Source of the DNA: the human T2T-CHM13v2.0 reference genome, Homo sapiens
DNA: 64,000 nt
Direction: 5' to 3' (one strand)
Assembly (NCBI RefSeq): GCF_009914755.1
Contig: NC_060945.1
A model generated the notes under the pieces. The model made no database searches. It worked only from the letters and a program-made list of their open reading frames with translations, and had not been told where the DNA came from. The position numbers and the translations under genes are program-made. Shown one piece after another: positions 60,671 to 64,000 of the stretch (position 1 is the first letter of the stretch; each line of letters begins with the position of its first letter).

Positions 60671-62098
60671 AATCCTGATGTTTAAATGGGCAAAAGATTT
60701 GAACAGACAGTTCACCAGAAAGATATACGGATATATGGATAAGCACGTGAGAAGATGCTCAACATCTTTAGTCATTAAGGAAATGCAAATTAAAACCAGT
60801 ATGAGGTACCATTACACACTTATTACAATGGCTAAAATTAAAGAGACCTGTCATGCCAAGTGATGATGTTGTGAAGCAGCTGAAACTCATATGCACTACT
60901 GTGGAAATGTCAAATGGTGCAACTACTTTGGAAAACAGTTTGGCAGTTTCTTAAAAGTTAAAAATATCTCTACCACCAGTCATTCCAGCCTTACACATTT
61001 ACCCAAAAGAGATGAAAGCATGTGTCCATACAAAGACTTGAATATGAATATTAATGTCAGCTGTATTTGTAATAGACCTAAACTGTAAACAACTGAAAGG
61101 TCCATGAACAGATAAATGGATAAACAAATTGTGTATAGTCATACATTAGAATATTACTGCACAATAAAAAGAAAAGGAAAGGAGTATTGAATTGATGCAT
61201 GCAACAACATGGATGAATCTCTAAATAACTATGTAAGTGACAGAAGCCAGCTGAAATAGTACATACTGACTGCTACTAATTTTTATAAAATTCTAGAAAG
61301 GCTAATCTATGTTGACAGAAGGCTCTTTAATGGATTGAGTGGGATGGGATGGAGAGAGAAAAGGAGGCACACAGAAAATTTGGAGGTAATGAATGTATTC
61401 ATTATCCATGATTGCTTCTGGTGCTATTTTCATGTATGGTTACATATGTCAACATGTCAAATTACACACTTTAAATATATACAGTGCATTGTATTATAAC
61501 TCAGTACCATTCTGTTGTTGGGAAATAATCATAGGTACCATAAAAATTTACTTGTAAGGATGGTCATAGCAGAAATATTTATACTAGCATGAAAAAAATC
61601 AGAGCAGATCAAACACCCAATAATAAAAGGATATAAAGTATTTGTCTATCATAAAAATAAGTATTATGTATTTAGATAATATGAGATTTGTGATGAACTT
61701 CTGCGGATACAGGAGAAGGCACACAACATGTTAATGAAGAAAAGCAGGTTATAAAACCTTGAAATGGAATCCCAATTTAACCACCTTCTCCCCCTCACAC
61801 CCACCTGTAGATAAAATTCTTGAAGGAAATGTACTACGTTGTCTATAGGCAGTAATATTATGCGTGGCTCTTATATTCTTATTTGTTCTTTTATCTCCTC
61901 CTATTTTCCAAATCTTTTTTTAAAAAAACACACAATTAACATTTTTACCCAGGAAATAACACTTTTTTTTTTTAAAGACAAAGAATTACCCAGATTGGTG
62001 ACAATATTGACTCAAAACCATCAACTGGATGTTTGCTCCTGTCTACGGCTGGGTTCCTGCTTGTTCATTATGTCTGCCGTAGGTTACATTTTTGGTCA

Positions 62099-62656
<558 letters not shown>

Positions 62657-63338
62657 TTATTTCATATCAAGGTCATATCCTACAAGGTGGCCGTTCTCAC
62701 AGGTTGGAGAGAGGAGTCTCCTGTTGAAGCTATTAGCAGGAACTTCAAGGAAAAGAGAGGAAAGACAGGAGTGTAAGCTGAATAGGTTGGGCTTATATAC
62801 ATATTCAACAGGATATAGGAGGAGCTATGAATATTCATGAAAGGGGGTTGTACACATGCATGACAAGCACACATGTGTTCCAAGTGACCCATGTTCACTT
62901 TGGGGTGGAGACTCAACATTTCCATGTATGACTGTTAGGCCCTGTATGTCAAAAGGTGAAGTGGGCACTCAGTGTGCAGCCTCTGTAAACTGGCTGGAAC
63001 CAGTCCATACACAGCGGTCGTCTTATCAGGAGAAAGTTATTGAAATCTGTCCCTTGTCCACTCAAAGCTGTAGTTACGGCTTGTGGAACAGGGGGTTATT
63101 TAGTCAGCATCTAGAGGAGGATGAGCTGTAATTGTTTTAATATTGCTTATCTAAATAAGCCAGTGCTTATTTAACTGCTAAAGACAAAGAAAAACCTTGT
63201 GGTAGTTAGAACATGCTGTATTCTTTAAGTGGAGGCTATGTGACTTAACCTTGCCTCTCATGGCCTTAGGTTCTGTTTACAAATTGGCATCCCATTGCCA
63301 CAAATAGTCTGTTCTTATGTCTTATCATCTATATTTTA

Positions 63339-63707
<369 letters not shown>

Positions 63708-64000
63708 TCATGAGGCATGTCTGACCTCCCATCCCATCATGGCTAAGAACTCAGTTTTTAAGGTTTCTTGGCCAAAGGGGGATCCATTAAGTTGGTTGGA
63801 AGGCTTAGGATTTTATTTCTGGCTTACAGAATGAAGGGGTTGTTCCTTAACCTTGGGGCCCAAAGTGAAAAGATATACAGAGGCAACCTGAAGACATTCT
63901 GACCCCTGGAGCAAAGCCACAGCTGACCTGCTGCCTTCATGTAACCAAAACGAGAAATTGAGGTTTGATGTGGAAGCCTCTGAGATTTTAGAATTGCTTG

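Larger units (their letters stand above)
57520..61500 (+). mobile_element. Old L1M ORF2 and 3' end, with nested L1MA-type 3' ends (58180-59340) and Alus
   Basis: ORF2-like remnants (KWAKDLNRQF...EMQIKTSMRYHYT); L1MA 3'UTR motifs gcagcatggatgaaactggag, gtgaggcgatggatatcctaattac. Confidence 0.75.

Overview
Primate (almost certainly human) intergenic or intronic DNA made up largely of transposon relics. I count about 37 Alus, a full-length but dead L1PA4/5-type LINE-1 (50494-56646, minus strand), a complete THE1 MaLR provirus (1117-3298), solo LTRs (MLT2A1, THE1/MST, MLT1, MER21, MER4D-like), hAT MITEs (MER1A, MER3, MER20, MER20B, MER94), and L2/MIR fragments. I can support no host protein-coding exon, tRNA, rRNA or CRISPR array. 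The longer ORFs in the track come from repeats (Alu, L1, THE1-int, CAC triplets), and the remaining short ones resemble no protein I recognise. Two regions stand out. The first is a ~2.3 kb structured CAC/CAT triplet array (19959-22250) with a ~31-34 bp higher-order unit, split by a THE1/MST LTR that points into it. The second is a largely repeat-free island (~35400-37110) that looks like a + strand promoter and 5'-exon cluster. It holds a 59-nt exon candidate bracketed by complementary (AC)18 and (TG)16 tracts, and a donor site buried in a hairpin. A 20-nt microexon candidate lies about 3 kb downstream. Repeat subfamily names come from my memory of the consensus sequences and need RepeatMasker/Dfam confirmation. 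I found no clear evidence of a new biological system; the findings are testable hypotheses.
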